Below are positions 12,110-25,037 of a stretch of 63,485 bases of DNA, piece after piece. Made by a program: the position numbers and the translations under genes. The notes beneath the pieces were generated by a model, which did not search any database, had not been told where the DNA came from, and saw only the letters and a program-made list of their open reading frames with translations. This stretch comes from Rhynchobatus australiae (taxonomy: Eukaryota), in the NCBI GenBank assembly GCA_034780895.1, contig JAUZTB010000107.1:33268758-33332242 (forward strand). Reading direction: 5' to 3'. Position 1 is the stretch's first letter. Each line of letters starts with the position of its first letter.

Positions 12110-12690
12110 ATGCTCCTGTCTATATCTGCTCTAGACTCATACTTTGTTTCTTCATTTGTCATGTTTTTCCCCTCTTTTGTCTTGCACCATCATTTTTTCT
12201 GTAATTTTAACCTTTCCTGCTTTCCACCCTATCATACATAGACCTTAACTTTTGCTCTCTCCTCTCCTCCTCCTTTTTCCCCCATCTTGCAACTTGGCTC
12301 AGTTGTTCTATACTACAAAAGACGCATTAAAGCTGCACTGTATGTGGGGCCCATGCCTGCAATTTGCAATGCCATTGCAGAGCTAACAGATGAAGTTGGC
12401 TGCTTGACAACATTGCATGTGTCCCACAGACTCTATCCATATACACATCAAGTGCATAGTATTTCTGTGAGTGTTCTGTGCGCACGCAAAAGAGTCAAAG
12501 GCATTTAGATTTAATTTGCATAGCTCACAAAAATATTCCCTATGCAAAATAATTTCTACTCCCTCGTTTATCTAACTTTTTCCAGTTCTAATTAAAAGTC
12601 ATTGACCTAAAATATTAACTCCTTTCTTACTCCACAGATGTTGGCTGACCTGCTGAGTATTTACAACATTTTCTGTTTTTATTTTTGTAA
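12110..12690 (+). mobile_element. Penelope pLTR/3' terminal region, interrupted by an unrelated stretch of about 270 bp (about 12291-12564)
   Basis: Pyrimidine-rich pLTR-like body similar to 41570-41870, ending in ccagttctaattaaaagtcattgacctaaaatattaact...ccacagatgttggctgacctgctgagtatttacaacattttctgtttttatt. Confidence 0.65.
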
Positions 12691-12966
12691 ATCTGGACTG
12701 ATTTTGCAATAAATTTCCACATTGCAGAAACAGATGTTCCTAGTCCAGAGCAACTCCCTACAATTCTGTTTCATGTCATTGATGTCTCCTATTCTGAGGC
12801 AGTGTACTCAACTATGAAAGTGCCAGTTTGCATTTAAATAGCATGCATTTTCTGAGCCTCATCTGAACCCTCACAAATAAAGATGAGTTGAGGATATGCA
12901 GTTCTACAGGTCCTGCCATTATTCAAACAGTTTCGTTTCTAAAGTAAGTCAAATCTAACAACAAGG

Positions 12967-13174
12967 ATTCAGAATCAAATTTGTTATCATGGACATATGA
13001 TGCAAAATGTGTTGATCTGCAGCAGCAGTACAGTGCCAAACATAAAAATCTGCAAATTACAAAAATAAATAAATAGTGCAAAAAAAAAGGAATAATGAGA
13101 TAGTGTTGGTGGGTTCACGGATCATTCAGAAACCTGATGGCAGAGGGGAAGAAGCTGTTCCTGAATCATTGAGT
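12967..13174 (-). mobile_element. Rex1/Babar-type LINE 3' end
   Basis: Minus strand encodes FRNSFFPSAIRFLN followed by a 3' UTR that aligns to the Rex1 copy at 55900-56095. Confidence 0.85.
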
Positions 13175-13273
13175 TTCATTCATAGATCTTACCCATGGAA
13201 CATGCACACACTGTGGAGGGAGGTCTGACACAACCAGACGAGTAGCATGACACTGGAACTCAAACAAGAATAT

Positions 13274-13652
13274 GACCATACGGCCATAAGACATAGGAGC
13301 AGAATTAGGCCATTCGGCCCATCGAGTCTGCTCTGCCTTTCAATGACGCTGATTTATTTTTCCCTCTCAATCCCATTCTCCAGCCTTCTCCTCATAACCT
13401 ATGACACCCTTACTAATCAAGAACTTATCAAACTCTACTTTAAATACACTCAATGACTTAGCCTCCACAGCCGTCTGTGACAATGAATTCCACAGATTCA
13501 TCACCCTCTGGCTAAAGAAATTCCTCCTCATCACTGTTCTAAAGGGACGTCCTTCTATTTTGAGGTGTGCCCTCTGGTTCTGGACTCTCCCCCTACTGGA
13601 AACATCCTCTCCACGTCCACTCTATCCAGGCCTTTCAATATTCAGTGGGTTC
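13274..13652 (-). mobile_element. CR1 3' end (relatively young subfamily)
   Basis: Reverse complement aligns to the 3' end of the CR1 at 37320-37682 (RRNFFSQRV.NLWNSL; gggccgaatggcctaattctgctcctatgtcttatgg tail). Confidence 0.92.
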
Positions 13653-13884
13653 AGTAAAATATCTCACATCTGGGCAACATTTGAATCATTTTCAAAATTA
13701 GCAGTCATAATTTCCCCATTTCCATAATACTTCTGTTTGCCTTATGGATTCTTCTTTTTCCAAATCTCTCTGGTTCCTGTTATCCCATTATAACTTAACA
13801 AGCAGCATGCTTTACCTGTTCTTTCATTATTTTAATATAATGTATAATACCCAAACTAAACCATCAGGATTGAAAGACTATTGC

Positions 13885-14018
13885 AAAAAAACAAAATGCT
13901 ATATGAATCTGTGAACAATTCAACAGGAGAAAGAAACAGAGTTAAAGTTTTAAGCCTTGATTTTTCATTGGAACCTCTGACTGATCTGCTGAGTATTTCC
14001 AGCAATTTTCTGTTTGTC
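13885..14018. mobile_element. Degenerate Penelope-terminal fold-back remnant
   Basis: An antisense arm (gaaagaaacagagttaaagttttaag...ttcattggaac) abuts a sense arm (ctgatctgctgagtatttccagcaattttctgttt). Confidence 0.55.
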
Positions 14019-16646
14019 GTAAGGATACTTTTAATTGGATAGTTCATGACCATAATATAAACTGGAATATTTTGCACTTGAAAGTCAATATTTTTATATT
14101 CCAGTGTTTCNNNNNNNNNNNNNNNNNNNNNNNNNNNNNNNNNNNNNNNNNNNNNNNNNNNNNNNNNNNNNNNNNNNNNNNNNNNNNNNNNNNNNNNNNN
14201 NNNNNNNNNNCTAGTTCTGGTGTTGTAACATTAAAGTACTTTTCAGATTTCTGTTTAGTCTGTTTAATGTATTACTGTATTCTCATATTGACTACATTCT
14301 ACTGTGTGTGATGAATGTTTATGATGAGATTGCATGGTTCACTAGCCCAGCCCTCATTATATAGATTAGCCACATTTCCTTTATAGTTCATGTAACTCTA
14401 GTATGGAGAGTGGTGCATGCATATGATTGAATGGCAGCTCTCTTATCTAAATACTATTTTATTTGTTTGAGAAAGTCTGTTTACGCTTGTAAATGGAAAT
14501 AACAGAGTTTTGAAAATGTAGCCGTCGTAGCTACTATAAAACCCTCTCTGTCCACCACAGTGTTGATAGCAATTATTGGGTGCAAAGATACTGCAATTAA
14601 AAGTGCAGAAACTGAGTAATTTGTATGAAATTATGTAAATTAACATTTCTAATTTTATGTGTACAAATAAAAGATGTTTTGTTATTCCCATGAACAATTT
14701 TATTAGTATTGAATATTATGAAATTGTTTTGCTAAAGTCAATCATTGGAAGCTTTGTCTCTGAATGTGTTACACCAATGTCCAGTCCATCATCGCTTTAC
14801 TGTTCAAATTATACACATAATATGTTGAGTTAAAAGTTGAAATACATTGTCATTAACAAGAGGGACTGCAAAATGCCTGATTTAATTGATTCTGCTTCTT
14901 TGGTTCTACTACAATTTAATCATAGTGCTTTCATTTTAGCCCAAACCACATAGAATTTTTTCTTCATTCTTATTCAATAAGTTTATGACTTATAATTTCA
15001 GATAATATTCAGCATTTTTAGTATTCATCTTAATCTGATTTAGACATTTTCCTTTGTCATTTTAATAATTCAAGTCCATATCCAGAATGGTTTGGTGTTA
15101 ACCTAAATGCATCATTTTTTTCTGTTTTGTGTTTATCTGTTGCCATAGAATTCTATTTCATGACAGAACACAAGCAGCATCCATTAATAAAGGCAGCAGG
15201 GTCAGTGCTTATGTCTCATTAGTCATTTAATAATGACACGCCTCCTAATGAGGGCTGGCCTCAGGCCTTTGTACTGTAAACATGCAATGATAATGCCTTT
15301 TAGCATATTTCAACATAGTTTCTTGTGTGCAGTAATGATAAACCACACTTTGACATTATAAACTTCTTATAAAATTATTCTGCAAAAATATCTTCTTTGC
15401 ATTCAAGGCTAATATATATTTGTCAATTTGCTAGTTCACAAATGAAAATAGAACTTTTAAATTCAGAACGTCAGGAGTGAACATTCTGAAAAATACCTTA
15501 AGTGGTATGAATTTTGTATGTGGTAATACGTGCTTCTATTGTTACAGCTTTATGAAACATGTCCATCTGCAAAGTACCAAAAATACTTAACATATATGAT
15601 AATGTATTTTCTAGATACTATTGGTGTAACATATTCATTTTAATACTACATCTGGTCTAATCCATTTGTGTTTAAAATGTCCATGGCAAAAGGATTGGCA
15701 TTAAGTAGAACTATTTAAAGAAGCAATGTGCTGTAACAAAACAGAATTAGGGATAAGTGGCTACATATAAGAGCATGGAAAAGGTTCAAAGGTTTGACTG
15801 CCGGAATTTTCTGCAGATTTTTGATGAGGATTTTTCCCATCCTTATTTCTTCAACAATTTGTCAAATATGAGTTGTCATCTGCATTTTTTTTTCAGGACT
15901 TCTTAACTTATTGGCTGTTACTTCTTTTGAGTGCGTTTTCTTTTTTTGTCCTTCATTATTCCTTGTCCAAGATGGTTTTCAGGTCATCTGCTTTCAGACC
16001 ACTATTTTGCCAACCCNNNNNNNNNNNNNNNNNNNNNNNNCATGCAGTTCTTAGTCTGGGACTTGTGGGATATGTTAACCACCCCACCCCCCCCCACGAT
16101 ACCATCCTTGCTTATTCTCATTGTTCTCCATTTACAGTGATTTAGTCAGATGAATGCAAGAGCAAAAGAAATCGAAGAACACTTTTCAGAATAAAGTTAC
16201 AGCAAGAAATGACCATTAATGACTGGAATGCATAATTGCAGTGAAAATTTGACTGCAGATATGTTTCTGACAACCTGGATGATGAGTTTTTACCACCTTG
16301 GGATGGTCTTTATTCTCAGTCTTCCTGAGAATGGTTACTTGATTGACATAAATTACCATTTATAAAATTTTCAACGCAGACCAGATGAAGTTTGCTTTGC
16401 ACGATGGATGTAAGTTTACTATGACATACAGTATATGTAGCATCTCTTAGGTTGTGAAGTTCTGTTTTACAGGCTGAAATCAGGACATTGTTTTCAATAG
16501 TTCCTGTAATTTATTTTATTGCAGGTAGTAGAGTTATTTTGTCCTTTTATTAATATTTTTCCTAATACCTTTTTGTCAACAATAGCTGCTGAGATAATGA
16601 ATTGTGTGCATGTTTGAATGCAGGATTGTACTTGTCTAATTGTGGC

Positions 16647-16676
16647 ATTGGTTGCTATGGAAACTATCAGCCAATC
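16647..16676. promoter_or_regulatory. RFX X-box flanked by two CCAAT (NF-Y) motifs
   Basis: GTTGCTATGGAAAC at 16651-16664 matches the RFX near-palindromic consensus; ATTGG at 16647-16651 and agCCAATc at 16669-16676. Confidence 0.45.
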
Positions 16677-18379
16677 TGTGAATAAACACCCTTACTTGGC
16701 AGTGTTTAGGTAGAACTGCTTTGTGCAGATGTCAGCTTGAGATTTATGATGGTAAAAACTATATTTGGCACAAAAATCAATGTAATGACCAGCTTTTTTG
16801 TTTTGTCTTGTTTGGTTAAAGCTGTCTGACTGAAAAATCCACCTGTGTACAGACGATTCATGTTCTATGTTCAAAAATGTTCCTATTTCTTTTAAGATAG
16901 ACTTANNNNNNNNNNNNNNNNNNNNNNNNNNNNNNNNNNNNNNNNNNNNNNNNNNNNNNNNNNNNNNNNNNNNNNNNNNNNNNNNNNNNNNNNNNNNNNN
17001 NNNNNATAGACTTACGTCTGTAAAAAAAGTTTGCGCAGAGCAACTATCTACTTGTACACATTCTTTTATCAGAGAACCCTCCCATGTATAAGAGTGCTTT
17101 TAACATAAATACCAAGAAATGGGCTTAATATTAAACTATATTGAGTGATTGGCAATTTACTTCCTCAGCTAAATGTTATATCCTGATTACTAACTCATCA
17201 ACTGTCATCACTAGAAACCTTTTTTTTAATCCTTGTCCATTATTATGTAGGCTAGACACTGTTGCTTAGTTTTTGTTAACTAGAGATAGTATTCAGAATG
17301 TTCTCTGGTTATTTAGCAATAACCTTACCACCACAACTATTCTACCATTCACATCTCAAACACATACACATCTCATATTCAATTACATCTATCTATTAAA
17401 AGATTTGCATGTAACTAACATTTCCTGTAAGTATCACATTTACTTCCTGTAATACTTCTATTATCACTTTTTGTTGATTACAGCTATAAATGAATGTACC
17501 CTCAGACTCACTGTCAACGAGACTGGAGCAGATAAAAGTGGTATGTATGGCTTACAATTCCAGTAACTGACAGTTTTTGAAAATGATTTCTTCATTACAC
17601 ATTTTATGTGCTCATCAATAATCATCCTGACATTGTGGATAAGATAGAATGAGACTTAAAACATTAAGCAAAGATATTTGAAAACTATGCAGAAGTATAA
17701 TCTCGGTATTTATTTATACCAAATAATTTCTTTGCCATCTGTATTTCTGCCATTACACTACTCTCCCTTTCACCCAAATCTTTGAAGTTCACATCCAGGT
17801 TTTCCCATTAAAGATTCGACTTCAACTTTTATTTTCCTGGAAAAAGAAGGAATGGGGAAAAGGAGGCCAAGCTGATGAACATACTGAAGATATACCTCTT
17901 TTACTTGCCATACTGACCGCACCAGAAAATATGTTAGGCAAAGCATGGTGAGAAGGAATAGTCTGTACTCACAGATGGATTATGTAAGAATTGTGTTTAT
18001 TCTAAATTTATTGCTCAAGTTTCCAAAGTTTCATGCAGTGGAATGAATGGGGTCAATATAATTTGAAACACATAGGAAAAATTGTGTAAGTGACATGTTA
18101 ATGGCACCAAGTCAGTATTTGCACATTTATTTCTCTAGTTTTGCCCTAAAAAGGAGGAGCAGCATATCTTGACAATGCAAAGGGCAATTGTTTGCAATCT
18201 GCAAAGGACAATGCCGCAACTTTCTTAGAGGTACTCTTTTACTACCTTACCCAGCCATTGCATAAAACCCACCATAAACATTATTCCCATATGTTACAAA
18301 ACACATAGCTCCACTCATTCCACCAGATGGAATTTTCAAATCTTGCACAACAACTATTGCTAAAATTGCAAACCAAGCT

Positions 18380-19135
18380 ATTCCATATTCCAGCTCTCAG
18401 TCTAAGGTCTTGCAAGTAGGATGCGTCAAGTTCTCACCAAGATACCTTTAAAATGCAATGGTGTCTGGTGAGCTTCTGAAGGCCAGTATTCATTAGTGTA
18501 TTCCCCTCAACTCATTCTAATCCTTCTAGCAGTAGCTTAAATCTATGTCACCTTATTATTGACCTTCTAAAGGGAGATAGATCATTCTTGTCTAGGTCTC
18601 TCATTACATTATTCCTATCAAATGTTAACCCTTCAGTCTCCCTCATTTCAAGAATAACTCCAATCTTTCCTGACAACTAGAATTCTCCAATCCTGGTGAG
18701 ATCCTCTTAAATCCTCTTTGCCTTCTTTCTGTGTTATTGCATTCTTCCAAAAACAAGGTGACCAGAGCTATATACAATACACTAACCGTTGCCTAACCAG
18801 TGTTTTATACTATTCTAGTTGACCAAACCAGCTCTTTATTCTAAGGCTCAGTACTTTCAGTAATCTGTGAACATGCACTCCAGAATTTTGCTGTCCCTAT
18901 ACACTTCCTAATGTCCTATTATTTATTAGGCTTTCATTGTCTCATTTGTCCTCCCACATTTGTGTTACCCCACGCTTCTCCAGATTGAAATCGGGTTTTG
19001 ACAGTTTTTATCTGCCAGGCCCACATTTTCCTGCAGCCTACAAGTTTCATGTTGATTATCAATCACGTTACCAACGTAGCTAACAACTATAAACTTCTTA
19101 ATCATCTTTCCCACGTTTAAGTCTGAATCATTGAA
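18380..19135 (-). mobile_element. Old, heavily decayed CR1 3' portion
   Basis: The minus strand preserves the CR1 order YKTLVRQRLVYCI*LWSPC...KRISPGL...LKG, then the C-terminal region. Confidence 0.7.
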
Positions 19136-19249
19136 GCAAGCAACCTCACACTGAGTCTTGTAGAATCTCACTACATACAGCCGTCCAGGAACCAGAGCAG
19201 CCCCAAAACAGCAGTGAGATACAAAACGGCATAGGGAGAAATGAAGAAG

Positions 19250-19425
19250 AAAGGAACAAACTTGCAGGACCTCTGTCCTTACAAAGACAACTATGTGATT
19301 GTGAATATTGGAATGAAGGGAAATGTCACAATCAATTAGGAAACAGCAAGCTCCCAGAAATAGTAGTGAGATAGATAACAAGGCAATCTATTGAAGGGAT
19401 AAATACTGTCCTGTAAATAGGGGAC
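19250..19425 (-). mobile_element. Deu-domain SINE fragment
   Basis: acagcaagctcccagaaatagtagtgagata...ttgaagggataaatactgtcc is the reverse complement of the Deu core also seen at 52330-52410. Confidence 0.55.
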
Positions 19426-19633
19426 ATCAAGTCTTTAAACTATTTTGATTTATTTTACATACACAGAGAATATCATGGCATTATCTTTTATTCCAATGAA
19501 TTTATTTCCATAAAAATAGGTCTTTGTTACCTCCAATGATCCCTTAGCTATTCTCATTTCTTCTTTTATCTGTAAGCTCTGCTACCTATATCTTCATTGA
19601 AGCACATACACGTTTTAGCAGGCNNNNNNNNNN

Positions 19634-19960
19634 GTGCAGGAATGATGTTTTTCTTGGCTGGTATGTTCAGAATCAAGGGGTCACATTCTCAGAATAAAGG
19701 ATTGACAATTTAGGAGAGAGATGGGAAGAAATATCTTCAGCCATTGAGTAATGGATCTTTGGAATGATTTTCCAAGAGGATTGTTGAGGTTCAGTCACTG
19801 AGTATAATTAAGAAAGAGATTGATATATTTTTTAGATATTAAGGAAATCAAGTGATATAGAGTTAAAGCAGGAGAATGGTGCTCTGATAAAAGATCTTGT
19901 GGGTGGACGAGCAGGCACAAGGGGCCAAATGACCTACTCTGACTTCTGTTTTATATGTTA
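19634..19960 (+). mobile_element. CR1 3' end
   Basis: aggggtcacattctcagaataaagg...gagatgggaagaaatatcttcagcc...ctttggaat; tail gagcaggcacaaggggccaaatgacctactctgacttctgttttatatgtt. Confidence 0.85.
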
Positions 19961-20091
19961 TTATCCTAATTCACACCAGTTTCTACTAGCACATTATGTT
20001 AACCAACCTAAACTGTCTCTCAACTGACATCATCTTGATTATAAAGATCTTGTCTTCTCCTTCATCTTGACCTTCCTTATCTCGCTCTTAT

Positions 20092-20333
20092 ATAGAACCA
20101 TGTAACAGAGATATATTATTTGACTCAACTGTGCTGATGTTTATACATCTCTGTGATCATTCAATCTATTTCATCTCAGTCTTTCAATATAACTATTTCC
20201 TTTTCTGTGACGCACTTATCCAATTTCTTTTTGAAATCACGGAAGCTATTTGCCTTAACCGCTATTGCTGCTAATGAATTCTACTTCCTAGCCACCAAAT
20301 GTAGAGAAATTTCTCCTTAGTACCCTATTTGAC
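20092..20333 (-). mobile_element. Old CR1 3' end
   Basis: Degenerate reverse complement of the CR1 terminus (agaaatttctctac...gtggctaggaagtagaattcatt...ttcaaaaagaaattggataagtgc). Confidence 0.6.
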
Positions 20334-20439
20334 TGATTAGGTTAATAGAGTGACATTTGTAAAAGGAGGTGGAAATATTTCTGTGACCTTATCTGCACAC
20401 ATCCAAGCATCTGTCACTCTGCTGAACTAGAAAACATCT

Positions 20440-20766
20440 TCAGTCCTACCATCCTCAAATATCACTGTGTTCCTCCAATCCTGCATGCAAATGTATCTAT
20501 GAATTCCTTTAGCTTATTGCTGGGAGTTACATCTTCAGCTCTCCAGAAATTAAGATCTGGCAATCTTTCTGTAATTCTATCAGCTTCCCCCCAACACCGC
20601 TCTCTTTTTTAAGGCATTCCTTCAAACCTAACGCTATTACCCAGCTTTTTGTCACATTTCCTAATTTCATTTAATTTGCTCAGTGTCAAATTATTTCTAA
20701 TAATGCATTTTTGAAATGCCTTAGGACATTTGTGTTGTTAAAAACATTTTATAGGTCCAAGTTGTT
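20440..20766 (+). mobile_element. L2-clade LINE 3' end
   Basis: cttcagctctccagaaattaagatctggcaatct...tttaaggcattccttcaaacctaacgctattacccagctttt (cf. AFS...P.LWNSLP...FK..LKT.LF..AF); tail tgaaatgccttaggacatt...ataggtccaagttgtt. Confidence 0.7.
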
Positions 20767-21029
20767 CTTTTGCAGCAATCCTTCAATATTACACTGAAGT
20801 GTCAACAAGATGGTATGCTTGAGTCTGCAGAGTAGCATTTTAATCCAAATGAGATTTCTACCATTGAGCCAAAGCTGACACTGCGGAGAAGAAAAATATC
20901 AAGAAAAACATTCTGATAAGCTTGCTGAGAATTACCCCACTTAGTAATCTCCACATCCTCCTTATCCATGATGTGAGGAGTTCCTTCCTCATTGAGTGTC
21001 AAAATTACAGGTTTGAGACCTCACAATCT

Positions 21030-21884
21030 GATACCACCAACATGTCTGTCCATGGTCTCCTCCGCTGCCAAGTTGAGGCCAGATGCAGATTCGAGGAACA
21101 GCACTTCATTTTCTGATTTCTTTAACTTTCAGTAACCACTCCCCTCTGTCCATTCCCTTTTTTACCTAATCCCACCACACCCCCTCACCCTATCTCTTTG
21201 NNNNNNNNNNNNNNNNNNNNNNNNNNNNNNNNNNNNNNNNNNNNNNNNNNNNNNNNNNNNNNNNNNNNNNNNNNNNNNNNNNNNNNNNNNNNNNNNNNNN
21301 NNNNNNNNNNNNNNNNNNNNNNNNNNNNNNNNNNNNNNNNNNNNNNNNNNNNNNNNNNNNNNNNNNNNNNNNNNNNNNNNNNNNNNNNNNNNNNNNNNNN
21401 NNNNNNNNNNNNNNNNNNNNNNNNNNNNNNNNNNNNNNNNNNNNNNNNNNNNNNNNNNNNNNNNNNNNNNNNNNNNNNNNNNNNNNNNNNNNNNNNNNNN
21501 NNNNNNNNNNNNNNNNNNNNNNNNNNNNNNNNNNNNNNNNNNNNNNNNNNNNNNNNNNNNNNNNNNNNNNNNNNNNNNNNNNNNNNNNNNNNNNNNNNNN
21601 NNNNNNNNNNNNNNNNNNNNNNNNNNNNNNNNNNNNNNNNNNNNNNNNNNNNNGCCCACAACTTCCTAACCTGTACATCTTTGGAATGTGGGAGGAAACT
21701 GGAGCACCCAGAGGAAACCCACACAGACACAGGGAGAATGTATAAACTCCTTACAGACAGCGGCCGGATTTAAATTTGGGTTGCTGGCACTGGCATTACG
21801 CTAACCGCTACACTACCATGCGTACCCCTTCACTACCGTGCATCCTGACCCGCTGAGTTCCTCCAGCTCCTTTGTGTATTGCTC
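21030..21884 (+). mobile_element. Penelope 3' end (GIY-YIG C-terminus and pLTR) spanning a gap and interrupted by a V-SINE
   Basis: DTTNMSVHGLLRCQVEARCRFEEQHFIF matches the PLE endonuclease C-terminus (MSVHGLL.C..EA.RRLEEQHLIF). The terminal motif cctgacccgctgagttcctccagc is at 21844-21867. Confidence 0.8.
21654..21827 (-). mobile_element. V-SINE (same family as 4984 and 44963), 3' part lost in the gap
   Basis: Reverse complement gives the tRNA head gcatggtagtgtagcggttagcgtaatg and the V-domain ttctccctgtgtctgtgtgggtttcctctgggtgctccagtttcctcccacattccaaaga. Confidence 0.9.
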
Positions 21885-24429
21885 TTGATAAGACTTGAAT
21901 CTATGAGGGATACTTGCTTCTTGAAGGAAGAATGCAAAAGGTAAAAATAATACTCATCTCCTGGAACTTTTTTACCTAGCTGTAACTGGTAAGATCATTA
22001 ATTTGTTTGAGCCATCAAGTAGTCATCCACCACATACTGGAAATGGTGCTAAACTGTGCAGCCACCTCCTACTTCAGATCATCTTAGGACTTTTATTTAG
22101 TTGATTCAAAAGAAAGGAACTTTACTGAGAAGAATTCTCTCAAAGCTGCACTTAAACATCAGCTGCCAAACAGCTGTATGCCCTTTAGGTTTTCTCTCTG
22201 ATATTCTCAGATGGAAAAAATTGTTTATCATGTACAAAATTAAGTGTAAACCTACAAGCCTTTGGTCGTACAGAAGCATGATATTTTCCAATTTGAAATC
22301 GGCAAGTTATCAACAACAGATTTGTCCTTTGCCTGAAACTCACGCACGTTATGTAAATTCCACTCATCCTCGACATGACAGTGAGTTCAGCTTTGCTTTC
22401 CACACACACATATGCTTGCGCATATGCAAACATATAAATGAATATACCTGCATAAATGCACGTAAATTCTTTTTTACTTGGTAAATGTGACACAAATTCA
22501 TGAGAGGACATAATGTTTATTTACAGAAGGTGTATGCCCTGTGAAAATTTTTTTATGGTGCTTATATTTTTCTATAGTGAGATAATTTGTTTACATCTGG
22601 CCCATGCTACCTGTGATGTGGGTTGTGGAATGATGGTAGATGAAGAAATGTCAAAATGTTCCATTCCCCAGAAATAAATATACTGTATAATCCATCAAAA
22701 GAAAGCTTGTATCCTCCTCTCTACATTCCTACTCTATCTTGTCACTAGACAAATTTAGCTAATGCAATTATTTCTTCTCGAACAACATAAATGGAAAATA
22801 AAATCTTACTTCATTCAGCTTCTTCAGACTGACTATACAAAGAAACAATAGTGGAGACTGTGAGCAAACTGAATCCCAATATATTTAACTGTTGGAAAAG
22901 TCACTAATTTCTATTTATGTATTTATATGATTGTGAGCCTCACTCATGGAAGTGTGAAACAGGCACCACCCATTTAACTGTTTTAATTAGCCATTTCTTT
23001 AAAAGAGCTTTTCTGACCTTGCAATTCACTGGATTCATATATTGTTGTCAGATGTTTGGATTTCCATTTCCTTATTTCAGTTCTTGATCTAATGTACATA
23101 AACCTTTACTACATTACAGCATATTCCTTCCAGTATAAACAGTTGAATATTTTTATAGTGGCAACTCTCAACACATCAAAATGTGTTTGCTCAGCAGAAA
23201 AATATTTGTGGCACCCAATGTATTGACACAAGTGTTTAGTTCAGTTTACTCCTGGATTTTCAACATGAAATAGCCATCTGTTAAGGCATTTCCACTCTTT
23301 AAAAGCGATCTTTTTTTCCTTCCTTTGACAAAAGAAGTGTTCTTTTTTCACTTGGGCTAATTTTGAGCATATGAACGCAAGAGCTGTCTGCTAAAATCCA
23401 AACATTTTCCACTTCTCACACAGCTTCAGGATTCCAGCACTCAGACCCCACCATAGTAGGGATCAGATACAGGATAGAGATTATGATACTCTTAACCTCA
23501 GTTTTGGAAGAGGGATACAGCGTTTCCACTTCCTACACTAGTCATTCATGTGGCTTTGCACGATGAGAGGATAATTTACTGCCAAATAGTACTGAATTAG
23601 AAGTAGTTTGCTGTGGACTCCTGTCCATTCACATTTGTGCTAAGACCCATGTTCAGATTTTCTCCAGCACCAGGACTCCCACTCAGAGCAGGCCTTCTAC
23701 CTGCCAGCATGACTCTGCTGTGACCTTTGTGCATTTTTCCAGGTCAGTCTCATTTGTTTATTCTGGGCATGATCCCAGTTTTTCTGCCTTCATTTGGGAG
23801 ATTGCCACCGGAGCAAGACAGGCTCAGAACTTGCAGCAGCATTTCAAAGGCCAGGATGACTTAAAGGGACAGACCATCCTGACAAGATCAGAATTGGAAG
23901 TGGTCCTGTAGAGTACTTCTTTAACTGTTTCTTATGAAGGCAAGGCATTAAAACTCTGCGATTCTTTGTTGGAGGATATATTGTCTCTAAGGGATTTCAG
24001 GGTTGTCAGCTTTCTCTGGAGCACTTTTGCATTGCAACTTCATCGCTGATTATTCATCCGCAAGCTTTACCCTTTCTGCACAATCTCCTCTCTTCCACTG
24101 GAATAGTGGTTCCATCGCCAGTGGCTTCCTCCTCTCTCTAGCAATTGGCTGAGGGTGAACCAAATTAAATTTGGTGTCCGATGTCACCTCATTAGGTGAT
24201 GTGGGATAGGTTGCACCATTTATCTTCACCAGGACTTGTGTAATTGCTTGTCACAAACACTTGACGTTATTCTCTTAATAACGTGCGTGATGATGGCATA
24301 TGGGGATCTAATGTGGGAGGAATCAGGAAGCATTCATTCATTCTCCTCACGATTAAAAGGGAGCCATTTGGCCCATTAAGTTTACACTAACTCTCAGAGA
24401 AGTCCTATCAAACACATTCCCCACCTTAT

Positions 24430-24523
24430 CAGAAGTCAGAACAAAAGGACTTCAACCTGAAATATTGGCTCTGCTTCTCTTCCCACAGATGCTGCCTGAC
24501 CTGTTCAGTGTTTCCAGCAATTC
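24430..24523 (+). mobile_element. Penelope-terminal motif remnant (next to a short CR1 tail at about 24350-24430)
   Basis: caacctgaaatattggctctgcttctcttcccacagatgctgcctgacctgttcagtgtttccagc. Confidence 0.7.
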
Positions 24524-24769
24524 AAAAGTGTCTACTATTGCTACGTCACAATGACTTTGGGACGTTGCTGCTTAAGCAAGGTTGTGTGAGGGAAGGGAAA
24601 ATGGGTTCACTAGTATAGAAGTTTAACAACTCTTAAGTCTCTTGCTCCTGCACCAGCAACAATATTGCCTTCTTCTTTTCATGTATGGCTAAAGAGATTG
24701 TTAGTGATGGTACATTAATTTATCAATTGAGAATGCTATGATTAGGATACATGATGATGCTGGTGCCTG

Positions 24770-25037
24770 GCAATCAGTTAAATGGCAGGATGTGTTTTGG
24801 AAAGTCAAAGGGTAGAAGGAGCATTCAGGATGGTGTGGAGATACATTGGAAGCACATGGGGTCCCATGTAATCAGAAGAAGGAACAGACCGCCTCATATA
24901 TCACCCACTCACTCTCCCTACCAGCCACCTCCTTCCCAGTCAGTGAAGGGATCTGTGGTTCTCACATTGGCTTCATTAGCCACTTCTCAACCCATAAACC
25001 CTTGCTCCCGAGGGACTGCCTAGGAAGAAGAAAGAAG
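24770..25037 (+). mobile_element. RTE-clade LINE 3' end
   Basis: FPVSEGICGSHIGFISHFSTHK corresponds to the RTE C-terminal C..C.R.C.S.IGL.SH.RTH motif, followed by ccgagggactgcctaggaagaagaaagaag tail. Confidence 0.75.

Noticed and set aside
11632-12204. 190-aa ORF, the longest N-free ORF in the track
   Set aside because: Mostly an off-frame read through a decayed Penelope RT and flanks; no coherent host protein.
17799-17946. Possible plus-strand exon (VFPLKIRLQLLFSW...ENMLGKA)
   Set aside because: No recognisable homology, and splice-like pairs of this quality are expected by chance in 63 kb.
21162-21773. Long ORFs of 160-190 aa in several frames
   Set aside because: They are almost entirely N-gap (X residues).
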